The notes beneath the pieces were generated by a model. It made no database searches. It was not told where the DNA came from and was given only the letters and a program-made list of their open reading frames with translations. Made by a program: the position numbers and the translations under genes. This document shows, one piece after another, positions 1 to 8,946 of a stretch of DNA of 64,000 nucleotides (the first letter of the stretch is position 1; every line of letters starts with the position of its first letter). Source of the stretch: an uncultured Gammaproteobacteria bacterium. GTDB lineage: Bacteria > Pseudomonadota > Gammaproteobacteria > UBA9214. The stretch lies in assembly GCA_963773065.1 (NCBI GenBank), contig CAVYZN010000011.1, forward strand, positions 224,001-288,000. The letters run 5' to 3'.

Positions 1-584
1 AAAAACACCTGCAGCGCGTCCTTGTGCTCCAGCAACTTGTCCAAGCACCGATACAAGGTGTCCTTCGCGGCCAGCGCGCTATCCCCTCCCAGCAGATCGC
101 CCATTGCGCTGTGCTCGAACCACTCCCGATGCAGTCGCCACTCGCTACCCGGATCGATCAGCCGATACGCCACCAGCACCATCAACACCTGATGCCAATC
201 CGTGCCCTCGCGCGACTCCCCCAAGCGGGGCTGCCAGAACTCATCGAGCTTCAGTTGCTGCCACAACCGCACAAACGCCCAGCACGCGCCCCACTGCCGA
301 GGACGATGCAAGCGGAATTCACCGAGCCGCACCTGCACACCGCACGCCGCGGCATGCGATGGTACTTTCACATCGTCGGGAAACAGCGCCAGCCTGTGTG
401 TTTGCGCGCGCTCGTCCAGCGCTTCAATCTGCTTGATCCACGCCGCGCGCTGCGAATCGTTGATCTCGCCCAGATACAAGATGTGCCGTTCAACCGTCCC
501 GCGCGCTACTCGCCGCTTCTCCGCGATGCTGAAGTAGCGATGCTCCTTGCCGTCTTTGAATCGTCGATGACACTTCAGATACAT
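1..584 (-). CDS. IS1634-family transposase, N-terminal part (runs off the left edge)
   Basis: Manual minus-strand translation from ATG 584: MYLKCHRRFKDGKEHRYFSIAE...LYLGEINDSQ...PRQWGACW...YRLIDPGSEWRLHREWF...KDTLYRCLDKLL, typical of IS1634 transposases. Absent from the ORF track because it is truncated. Element end near 733. Confidence 0.8.
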   Translation of the reverse strand, partial: MYLKCHRRFKDGKEHRYFSIAEKRRVARGTVERHILYLGEINDSQRAAWIKQIEALDERAQTHRLALFPDDVKVPSHAAACGVQVRLGEFRLHRPRQWGACWAFVRLWQQLKLDEFWQPRLGESREGTDWHQVLMVLVAYRLIDPGSEWRLHREWFEHSAMGDLLGGDSALAAKDTLYRCLDKLLEHKDALQVF

Positions 585-744
585 GCATCAAGACTACCCA
601 CGCCCACGCACCTTGCAAGCACCAAGGTCTGTACCTGATCGGAATTCGCGATCGCCCTCCTTACACGTCAATGGCTTGCGCGAACGAAAACGCGCAAAAT
701 CGGCGAAAACATTCGCCAGTAGCGAAAGTCAGGTTAGTAGGTGG

Positions 745-1235
745 TAGTTCAGTCATCTCGAGAGCCGTCGCGTTGAGATCGCCGGGATCACGCGACATCC
801 CAATGAAGCCTGGATGAAGCAAATCGCTAGGAATGTCACCATGGACGAATGGGGTTTTCTCGATAATTGCCGGTATCTCATCCATGACCGTGACACTAAG
901 TACTGTCAGTCATTTCGGAAATCATCGAATCCGGCGATGTCAAAACGCTGCCGCTCCCTGCACGTAGTCCGAATTTGAATGCGTTCGCGGAGCGCTGGGT
1001 GAAATCGGTGAAAGACGACTGTTTATCAAAGTTGATTCTGTTTGGCGAAACGTTTTTAAGATGTGCACTGCGTGAGTACCTCGTCCATTATCATGCCGAA
1101 CGGAATCATCAGGGCAAAGATAACGTCCTATTATTACCAACCGCCAAGCAATCAGTGGATCGTGTTGATGGACCAGTCAGATGTAAAGAACGCTTAGGTG
1201 GGCTGCTGAAATATTACCATCGAGAAGCTGCATGA
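745..1235 (+). pseudogene. rve/integrase-core transposase remnant (IS481/IS3-like orphan family), 5' truncated and frameshifted
   Basis: HLESRRVEIAGITRHPNEAWMKQIAR...YLIHDRDTKY, then a frameshift, then PARSPNLNAFAERWVKSVK...HYHAERNHQG...LGGLLKYYHREAA. Confidence 0.8.
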
Positions 1236-1282
1236 GTGTGATGCCTATACGGTCGCGGAAGCTTTGATCCCGCCTGTGGAAG

Positions 1283-1888
1283 ATGGCCGACCTGTTTCCC
1301 ACCGATCCTAAGCGTATCCGCGAGCGAATTTGCCGCTACGAACGCGCCCTTAAAAGGGAACTGGAGGAGGGATATGGTGGAGACGGCTACGGTAAGCGGT
1401 ATTTGCTAGGACCGCTCTACATGTTGATGGGCGATGTCGCCGGTGCTCTGGCATCATTCGACTGGTATGAAGACGCCTATCCCGACGATGGTGGAGAACC
1501 ATACCAATATTTGACCTGGGCACTGGCACTATTCCGGGGTGGTCGCAGAGAAGAGGCGTTCAACAAGCTCTACCAAACTATGCTTGAGAACCTTTATATC
1601 GTACCATTCCTACTCGGACGAAATCTCCGGCAACTTGATATTTGGCACGGTAGCAACTTCGAATGGATTGAGTACGCCGTTGAGGTGTCGCGAGAGTTAC
1701 TGAATCTATGGGACGACGCGGCCCTACAGTGGGCCCGAGAAGTTTCGGAGCACCCAGTTGTCATCGAAAAGGTAGCGCGTTATATCGCCATCCACCGGGA
1801 GTTGAAAAGCGAACCACCTGGGCCGCGGCGATCGGCCTTGGTGCATGAGTCTTTCGCCTTGAAAAAGGCCGCTATTCCATTACACTGA
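1283..1888 (+). CDS. hypothetical helical (TPR-like) protein
   Basis: Intact 201-aa ORF with a helical-repeat-like pattern (LGPLYMLMGDVAGALASF...WALALFRGGRREEA); no firm family. Confidence 0.6.
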   Translation: MADLFPTDPKRIRERICRYERALKRELEEGYGGDGYGKRYLLGPLYMLMGDVAGALASFDWYEDAYPDDGGEPYQYLTWALALFRGGRREEAFNKLYQTMLENLYIVPFLLGRNLRQLDIWHGSNFEWIEYAVEVSRELLNLWDDAALQWAREVSEHPVVIEKVARYIAIHRELKSEPPGPRRSALVHESFALKKAAIPLH

Positions 1889-2499
1889 CGGTTGCCTGTG
1901 GACAGCTACTTTCGCGTACTCTCTTGGTACCGGAGAACACGACAGTAGCCGTATGAGTATTTTGACCACGCGAGGATGGCGTTGTCGGCGGTTGCCAGTG
2001 CCTTGAAGAACTGATGCAATTGCTGGGTACGCGTGCGGTGGGCTTCAGGAAAGCTGTCCAGAAGGCAGGTCGCAACCGTCAGCGGATATGCCCCCGCCTG
2101 GACGGTGATCAGGAGCATCCACCTGCCAAGCTGACTCGGGATAAGCGCCCTGTCGTTATCGATGCTGGTGAAGGGCCACCTGAGTCCGCATCCGTCACCT
2201 ATTCAGCGAATTGGGTGGGATGCGGTGTAGATGCATTACTGGCAGCGCGCGCTCATGATTTAGGGCAGTCTGGCCCTTTATTGTTGTCGTGGACACAGTT
2301 GGTGAAATATTTTTCAGATCCTTACTATTCAAAACTGGCATTTCTCTGTGCTGTGTCCTATAAGAATTGACCAGAGAACAATGATCGACCCACGTGTTCG
2401 CTCGAGGTGCGTTATCAGCGGCCAATTTTCGTTCAAAGTACTGGCTCGGGCAACTTGCCATGATGGAATTCGATTATTTCATAAAAATGGAGGTGGAGG

Positions 2500-4593
2500 A
2501 TGGCACGCAAACCCCGTAAAACCAGTATGACGCCAGGTAAGGTCCGTGAAACAATGAGCCAAATTGCGAAAGCTGTTCGGCCTGTTGCAGCCGCTGGTGG
2601 CAAGCAACGCTTCCTGTATACCCGCCCGGACGGCATCGATTTTCGGGACAAAATGTACATCCCCACGCTGGTCGAGGTGCCGGTACAGCGCGAGTTAAAG
2701 GCGTACCGTGAGGCGGGCGCTCCGATACTCGATCAGGGGGAAGAGGGCGCTTGCACCGGATTTGGTCTTGCCACGGTTGCTCACTACCTGCTCTTAACCC
2801 GGATGGACTCCCGCGATCCTGCGCCTATTAGCCCGTTTATGTTCTATGACATGGCACGACGGTATGATGAATGGGCGGGTGAGGACTACGAAGGTTCGAG
2901 CTGTCGGGGAGCAATCAAGGGCTGGTACAAACATGGTGTCTGTAAGCAGTCGCTGTGGCTCTCAAGCTCCAAGAAGAACAAAGCTTTAAGCCAGGATGTC
3001 GTCGCCGACGCGGCAGTACGGCCGCTCGGTGCGTACTTCCGGGTCAATCACAAGGATCTGGTGGCGATGCACTCCGCCATAACGGAGACCGGGGTTCTCT
3101 ACGCAAGTGCCACGGTGCATACGGGCTGGGAAAAGGTGAAGTCCAACGGCAAGGTTCGCTTCGAGACGACGCCGCTGGGCGGCCACGCTTTTGCGATCGT
3201 CGCTTATGATCAAGAGGGGTTCTGGATCCAGAATTCCTGGGGAGGGGATTGGGGCCGTGAAGGTTTCTGCCACATCACCTATCAGGACTGGCTTGTCAAC
3301 GGAACCGATGTTTGGGCTGCCCGCCTTGGCGCACCCGTCATGCTACCCGAGAGTATACGATCTGCCGAGACAACAATGGTTGGCTCGGTACGCTCCGGGG
3401 CATTTGTATACAACGATATTCGTCCACACGTCATCAGCATCAAGAACGACGGTCAGTTGGATGAACACGGTGATATCGCTACCTCGCAGGAGATGGTAAG
3501 TGAGATCCTCCAGGAGGATTTCCTGCGCATTACGGCCGGTTGGAAGAAAAAGCGGTTGGTGCTCTACGCCCATGGTGGTCTCGTGGGGGAAGAGGCCGCC
3601 CTGCAACGGATCTCTGACTACCGCAAGGCGACGCTGGAAGCTGAGTGCTATCCATTGGCCTTCATCTGGAAGTCCGATTATTGGACCACGCTCAAGAATA
3701 TGCTGCTCGATGCAACCCAGCGTCGGCGCCCCGAGGGTTTTCTGGATAGCTCCAAGGACTTCATGCTGGATCGACTCGACGACGCGCTGGAACCGATCGC
3801 TCGGGTTTTCACCGGTAAGGCAGAGTGGAGCGAGATGAAAGAGAACGCACTCCTGGCCACCACCTCGGCCACCGGCGGTGCCCGCATGGTTGCGGACGAA
3901 ATCGCGAAGCTGGTTAGAAACAACGACGACGTGGAACTGCACATTGTCGGGCACAGTGCGGGCAGCATCTTCCATGCACCGCTCGTTCAATACCTCACGG
4001 GACAGGGCGTGATCGGCTCAGGGCCGATGGCGCCTTTAAAAGTCAAAGGACTGGGCTTGAAGATTGAGACCTGTACTCTCTGGGCACCGGCCTGTACGAC
4101 CCGGCTATTTAAGGAAAGCTACCTTCCTTCCATCGACCAAGGTCTGATTGACCGATTTGCGCTGTTTACACTCACCGACAAGGCTGAACAGGACGATGAC
4201 TGTGCCAATATCTACCACAAATCCCTGCTATACCTGGTATCCAACGCCTTCGAGGAGACGGCGAGAATCCCGATGATTCACCCCGACGGCGAGCCGATCT
4301 TGGGCATGCAAAAATGCGTCGATGGCGATGCTGCTTTAAAGAGCATTTTCAAGCAGAAGAAAGCCGATTGGATCCTGTCACCGAACATTAATTCCGTGGG
4401 TTCCGCGAACGCGTCTCAGTCGATGCACCACGGTGATTTTGATGACGACGAGGCGACCGTCAAGGCGACCTTGGCCCGTATCCTTGGAAAGTCCAGTGCA
4501 AAGAGTGATTTTACATTTCAACACAGTGCAATATCCCGTCGTGGTATTAGACGCCATATCGACGGTGAACAAGATGCTACACTCACCCGTTAG
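2500..4593 (+). CDS. C1 (papain-family) cysteine peptidase fused to a C-terminal alpha/beta-hydrolase domain
   Basis: DQGEEGACTGF (oxyanion Q, catalytic C), GGHAF (H), QNSWG (N); C-terminal YAHGGL and GHSAG nucleophile elbow; RBS ggagg upstream. Confidence 0.85.
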   Translation: MARKPRKTSMTPGKVRETMSQIAKAVRPVAAAGGKQRFLYTRPDGIDFRDKMYIPTLVEVPVQRELKAYREAGAPILDQGEEGACTGFGLATVAHYLLLTRMDSRDPAPISPFMFYDMARRYDEWAGEDYEGSSCRGAIKGWYKHGVCKQSLWLSSSKKNKALSQDVVADAAVRPLGAYFRVNHKDLVAMHSAITETGVLYASATVHTGWEKVKSNGKVRFETTPLGGHAFAIVAYDQEGFWIQNSWGGDWGREGFCHITYQDWLVNGTDVWAARLGAPVMLPESIRSAETTMVGSVRSGAFVYNDIRPHVISIKNDGQLDEHGDIATSQEMVSEILQEDFLRITAGWKKKRLVLYAHGGLVGEEAALQRISDYRKATLEAECYPLAFIWKSDYWTTLKNMLLDATQRRRPEGFLDSSKDFMLDRLDDALEPIARVFTGKAEWSEMKENALLATTSATGGARMVADEIAKLVRNNDDVELHIVGHSAGSIFHAPLVQYLTGQGVIGSGPMAPLKVKGLGLKIETCTLWAPACTTRLFKESYLPSIDQGLIDRFALFTLTDKAEQDDDCANIYHKSLLYLVSNAFEETARIPMIHPDGEPILGMQKCVDGDAALKSIFKQKKADWILSPNINSVGSANASQSMHHGDFDDDEATVKATLARILGKSSAKSDFTFQHSAISRRGIRRHIDGEQDATLTR

Positions 4594-4649
4594 TCCCTTA
4601 CCACTGAATTCTTGAGCAAGAATACAAAGGGCGCAGGAGGCTTTCCATA

Positions 4650-5324
4650 ATGAATACTCCGGTCGAATTCGGCTTAGCTATAAGCAATTCCTTTCCGTCA
4701 GGCACGGGAAGTTTCAACTACGAGGGGTCGTTTAAAATCGTCGTACAGAATCTGGCCTTCGTGAAGCAGGTCTCGATTTGGGCGCGCGTGAGCTCGTTTT
4801 GGAAAGACATCAACGCGAGCTACGTGGCATCGCTTCCCGGAGGGCTCGAATTGTGGAGCGCTCCGGCGAGCAACAGCGAGAGCGCGTTTGTCGCGAAATA
4901 CGTCGTGAACGGAACGACGTATTGGGAAAACAACGACGGATGGGATTATTTGTTTCCGCAGGCTTTCGACGAGTTTGTCGTGCTGGCGGGCCGGCACTAC
5001 CCGGTGGTCCTGGGCACTGCGAGCCTGGGCGGCGGAACGCTGCATGTGGACGTTGGGGTGCAAAACCTAGCCTACGCCAAGGTGGTCGGCATCGTTTTCA
5101 CGACGAACGATTGGGCCACGGTGCAGGTTGCGCTTGGCAGTTACAGCTCGACGATGAAAAGTGGTCTGGAAGTCTGGCACCTCACCACGCCGGTGGGCGC
5201 AGCAGTCGAGGTGAAATTCGCCATTTTCTACCAGGTGTTGGGAACTGAAATTTGGGACAACAACTTTTGGCGCAACTACCGCGTGACGCCGTCCATCACC
5301 GCAAAGTGGGGCGACGCGCCGTGA
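4650..5324 (+). CDS. tandem CBM21-like carbohydrate-binding protein
   Basis: Two internal repeats: VQNLAFVKQV...YWENNDGWDY and VQNLAYAKVV...IWDNNFWRNY, matching the VxNLA..K.V and WDNN.G.NY hallmarks of CBM21; RBS aggagg. Confidence 0.75.
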   Translation: MNTPVEFGLAISNSFPSGTGSFNYEGSFKIVVQNLAFVKQVSIWARVSSFWKDINASYVASLPGGLELWSAPASNSESAFVAKYVVNGTTYWENNDGWDYLFPQAFDEFVVLAGRHYPVVLGTASLGGGTLHVDVGVQNLAYAKVVGIVFTTNDWATVQVALGSYSSTMKSGLEVWHLTTPVGAAVEVKFAIFYQVLGTEIWDNNFWRNYRVTPSITAKWGDAP

Positions 5325-5349
5325 TTAACCACAAAGAAATAATGACGTA

Positions 5350-6035
5350 ATGAACGTCGGCTGGGGTTCACCGCGGATTGTTGGGGAGCTGCGCAAGCTC
5401 CGCATTGATGTCGCAAAATCAACCGTGGAGAAGTAGCGGGTGCGATTCAGGAAACCACCGTCGCCAACGTGGAAGGCTTTTCTGAACAATCATGTTGTGA
5501 CTTGGTGTCTATCGATTTCTTCGTGGTGCCGACAGTAAGATTCAAGGTAATGTTCGTCTTGGTAGTCCTTGCACATCACCGTCGCAGGGTGGTGCACTTC
5601 AACGTCACGGCGCATCCCACCGCCCAGTGGTCCACCCGGCAGATCATTGAAGCTTTGCCCTGGGATATGGCGCCGAAGTATCTACTGCGGGACCGAGATG
5701 CTATCTATGGGAACCAATTCCAGAAGCGCATCCAAAGCGTGGGCATCGAAGAGGTTATCACTGCACCACGATGCCCTTGGCAGAATGCATTTGTCGAACG
5801 CGTGATGGGTAGCATCCGGCGAAATTGCCTGGATCATGTCCTCGTGTTGAACGATTGTCATCTGAAACGAATTCTTACCTGCTATTTCGACTATTATCAT
5901 CGCTGGCGCATGCACCTGTCGCTGGCAATGGATAGTCCTGAATCGCGATCGGTGCAACTGTCAGCGCTGGGAAAGGTCGTACAATTTCCAGAAGTCGGTG
6001 GACTACATCATCATTACGAACGGCTGACGGCGTGA
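5350..6035 (+). pseudogene. rve/integrase-core transposase remnant
   Basis: WGSPRIVGELRKL..VAKSTVEK*, frameshift, SIDFFVVPT...YLLRDRD...PWQNAFVERVMGSIRR...GGLHHHYER; internal stop. Confidence 0.85.
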
Positions 6036-6363
6036 TATGAGTTTTCGGGAAGCACAGACACAATCCTGCAAGATTTCGCGGTGCTGGCGGGCCAATGGCC
6101 TGCCAGCACCGTTGAACTACCTGTTGACCTTTGAGGAAAAGGGCGTTTATCTTTCCTAGCCGCTGGACTTGACCCGCTTCCGTGGACACTTCATCTTCAC
6201 AAAGAGAGGTGTTCGAGATGGCAAAAAAGCAGAGAATGTACACGCCGGAGTTCCGGCTGTTGTTGCCGGAGTAAAAGCGCGGCTATTTGCCGCGACTGTT
6301 TGCCGTATCCAGGCATAACAGCTTATGGACGCTATCGGTGGCGCCCGTATCAGTGCCGCCTAG

Positions 6364-7930
6364 CAGCCTGTCGGACTTAGACCGACACTGCTAAAATAAC
6401 ACCAACAAAACCAAGCGTAACAAACAAACATGGCCCGATTCCGCGAGATAGACCGAGACACCGACTTCCTGTTTCCGCCATCGGTACAGAACTGGCTGCC
6501 GAAGGAGCACCTGGCGCGCTACATTGCCAACGTGGTCGAGAGCCTGGACCTTGGCGCGATCGAACGCGTCTACGCAGGACGCGGCAGCGATGCGTATCAC
6601 CCCGCCACGCTGATGAGCCTGCTGATTTACGGCTATGCCACAGGCGTGTTCTCCAGCCGCCAGATCGAGCGGGCCACCTACGATTCGGTTGCCTTCCGGT
6701 ATCTGGCGTGCAACCGTCACCCTGATCACGACACGCTGGCGAATTTCCGGCGCCGCTTTGGCAACGAATTCAGTTCGCTGTTTGTGCAGGTGTTGCAGAT
6801 TGCCCACGCCAATCGCTTCAGCCAATTCGGCACGGTGAGTCTGGATGGCACCAAGATACACGCCAACGCCAGTCGGCACAGCGCGCGCTCCTATGGGCAC
6901 GCTGAGAAGCTGGAAGTGCACCTCAAGAATGAGGTTCAGGAATTACTTGCGCTGGCCGAGCAGGCGGATCAGCGGGGTGTCCCCGAGGGTATGAATGTTC
7001 CGGATGAGATCACGCGGCGGGAAGATCAGCTGCGTGCGATTGCGCAGGCCAAGGCGAAGATCGAAGCGCGGGTGAAGGAGCGCTACGAGCGGGAGAAGCG
7101 TGAGTACGATGCCAAGGTGAAGGCGCGCGAAGAGAAGGAAGCCAAGACGGGCAAGAAGCCAGGTGGCAGCGCACCGACTGCACCGACCGCGACGCCGCGT
7201 GCGCAAGATCAAGTGAATCTCACGGACGATGAATCCCGGATCATGAAGGTGGCGGCCGGTGGGTTCGAACAGTGCTACAACGCGCAAGCGATGGTGGACA
7301 CGGAGAGCCTGTTGGTTTTGGTGGCGGACGTGAGCCAAGAAGCGAACGACAAGCAACAGGTTGTGCCGATGCTGGAGCAGCTCGACACGCTGCCCGAGGG
7401 ACTGAATTTGCCCAAGGCGCTGCTGGCCGATGCCGGCTACTACAGCGAAGGGAACATCGATGCGTGTTGCAAGGCGGAGATCGAACCGCTGATCGCCGCG
7501 GGCAGGGAAGGCCACCATGAGAACTGGAAGACACGATTCGGCGAGCCGGAACCGCTGGCCGCGGATGCCACGCGTGCGGAGACGATGAGGCACCGCCTCA
7601 AGACACGCGCCGGTAAGAAAGAATACGCGCTACGCAAGCAAACGGTTGAGCCGGTGTTCGGCATCATCAAGTCGGTGATGAAATTCCGGCAGTTCATGTT
7701 GCGTGGTTTGAGGCAAGTTCGCAGCGAGTGGACGCTGGTGTGCCTGGCGTGGAATTTGAAGCGCATGGCCGTATTGCGTCCAAAATTTGCCGGATGCGGT
7801 TGAAATGCAGGAAAACCGGGGAATACTGCAGTCGATACGACACAGGACGCCACTGATAGGCTAAATATTGAGCAAATCGCAACCGTGGCGATCGAAATCC
7901 CTCGTCAGCGGTTTCAAGTCCGACAGCCTG
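6364..7930 (+). mobile_element. IS1182-family insertion sequence nested in the IS21-like element
   Basis: IRs cagcctgtcggactt / aagtccgacagcctg; CTAG duplicated at 6360-6363 and 7931-7934. Confidence 0.9.
6430..7803 (+). CDS. IS1182-family transposase
   Basis: LPKEHLAR, YHPATL..LLIYGY..GVFSSRQIE, PDHDT, DGTKIHANAS, ADAGYYS, RKQTVEPVFG motifs; intact 457 aa. Confidence 0.92.
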   Translation: MARFREIDRDTDFLFPPSVQNWLPKEHLARYIANVVESLDLGAIERVYAGRGSDAYHPATLMSLLIYGYATGVFSSRQIERATYDSVAFRYLACNRHPDHDTLANFRRRFGNEFSSLFVQVLQIAHANRFSQFGTVSLDGTKIHANASRHSARSYGHAEKLEVHLKNEVQELLALAEQADQRGVPEGMNVPDEITRREDQLRAIAQAKAKIEARVKERYEREKREYDAKVKAREEKEAKTGKKPGGSAPTAPTATPRAQDQVNLTDDESRIMKVAAGGFEQCYNAQAMVDTESLLVLVADVSQEANDKQQVVPMLEQLDTLPEGLNLPKALLADAGYYSEGNIDACCKAEIEPLIAAGREGHHENWKTRFGEPEPLAADATRAETMRHRLKTRAGKKEYALRKQTVEPVFGIIKSVMKFRQFMLRGLRQVRSEWTLVCLAWNLKRMAVLRPKFAGCG

Positions 7931-8134
7931 CTAGAACTCAAGGTCGTCATCGAACTGAAGCTCGGCCTGCTGCTCGTTTGCGCCCTGGGTAACGGTTTCC
8001 TCGCGAAGCAGATCAATGATCTGATCGCCATAGATCTCCCAGAGCTGATCTCGAAGCACCTCCAGGAATTCGATGACGGCATGGGCTTCCGGGGCGTCCC
8101 AGTAGGTGTATAAGCGTGTGACTTTCATCGACAT
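7931..8134 (-). CDS. small acidic accessory protein of the IS21-like element
   Basis: 67-aa ORF starting 2 bp after the istB stop, inside the element IRs; ends QQAELQFDDDLEF. Confidence 0.7.
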   Translation of the reverse strand: MSMKVTRLYTYWDAPEAHAVIEFLEVLRDQLWEIYGDQIIDLLREETVTQGANEQQAELQFDDDLEF

Positions 8135-8136
8135 GG

Positions 8137-8946
8137 TCAGCGGTCTCCTGCGGGCGTTCTTGGAGTGGCGCTACGCGTGGATTTCGTGGATTTCTTCTTC
8201 CTGCTGGCGCGCTCCTTCGCCTCTCGGAAGCGATAGGACTCGCCCTCGAGGACGATGATCTCGGAGTGATGCACCAGGCGATCGACGATTGAGATCACGC
8301 AGGCTGCGTTGGGGAACACCTCGTTCCACTCGCCAAAGGGTCGGTTTGTGGTCACAATCGTTGGCTTGAGCTCATAGCGTTGATTAACGATGTTGAACAG
8401 CAGATCCGCATGGCGACTGCCGTAGGAGAGGTAACCGACTTCATCGATCACCAGCACCTGTGGATGCGCGTAGTGTTTCAGGCGTCGGCGCAAGGCGTTG
8501 TCACCCTCCTGTGCCGCCAGGTCCCCGAGCATCTGGGCGGAGTTGACGAACAAGGCGCTGTGTCCCTGCAGGACGGCGTGATGCACGATGTTCTGTGCGA
8601 TGGTGGATTTGCCGACGCCGTTGGGCCCGACCAGAATGACGTTGGTGGCGTCCTTGATGAAGTTGAGGCGCATCAGCTCTGAGACGGCCGCCTTGTCGCA
8701 CTGCGCGGGCCAGTCCCAGTCGAAGTCAGCGAGGGGTTTGAAGCGGCCGATGTGCGCCGCGCTCAGCCGTCGTTCCAGACCGCGGCGCTTGCGCTCGCTG
8801 TCCTCCCACTGGAGCAACGCCCTCACCCAGTCGATCTGCGGGTCGCTCAGCTCCTCCCAGTGCGCAACCAGCCCATGGAGCTTGAGCGCGAGCGCCCGCT
8901 GCTTGAGCGCTTCCTGAGGGATCCCTGCATCAGCGGTTCTCGTCAT
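8137..8946 (-). CDS. istB: IS21-family helper AAA+ ATPase IstB
   Basis: Walker A GPNGVGKS, Walker B LVIDEVGY, TTNRPF..W, DRLVHH..GESYR; probable start ATG 8946 overlapping the istA end. Confidence 0.93.
   Translation of the reverse strand: MTRTADAGIPQEALKQRALALKLHGLVAHWEELSDPQIDWVRALLQWEDSERKRRGLERRLSAAHIGRFKPLADFDWDWPAQCDKAAVSELMRLNFIKDATNVILVGPNGVGKSTIAQNIVHHAVLQGHSALFVNSAQMLGDLAAQEGDNALRRRLKHYAHPQVLVIDEVGYLSYGSRHADLLFNIVNQRYELKPTIVTTNRPFGEWNEVFPNAACVISIVDRLVHHSEIIVLEGESYRFREAKERASRKKKSTKSTRSATPRTPAGDR

Noticed and set aside
24-638. 204-aa plus-strand ORF
   Set aside because: Antisense to the IS1634 transposase N-terminus.
1890-2460. Short ORFs between the TPR-like gene and the peptidase
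   Set aside because: No coherent coding signal; probably highly decayed transposase sequence.
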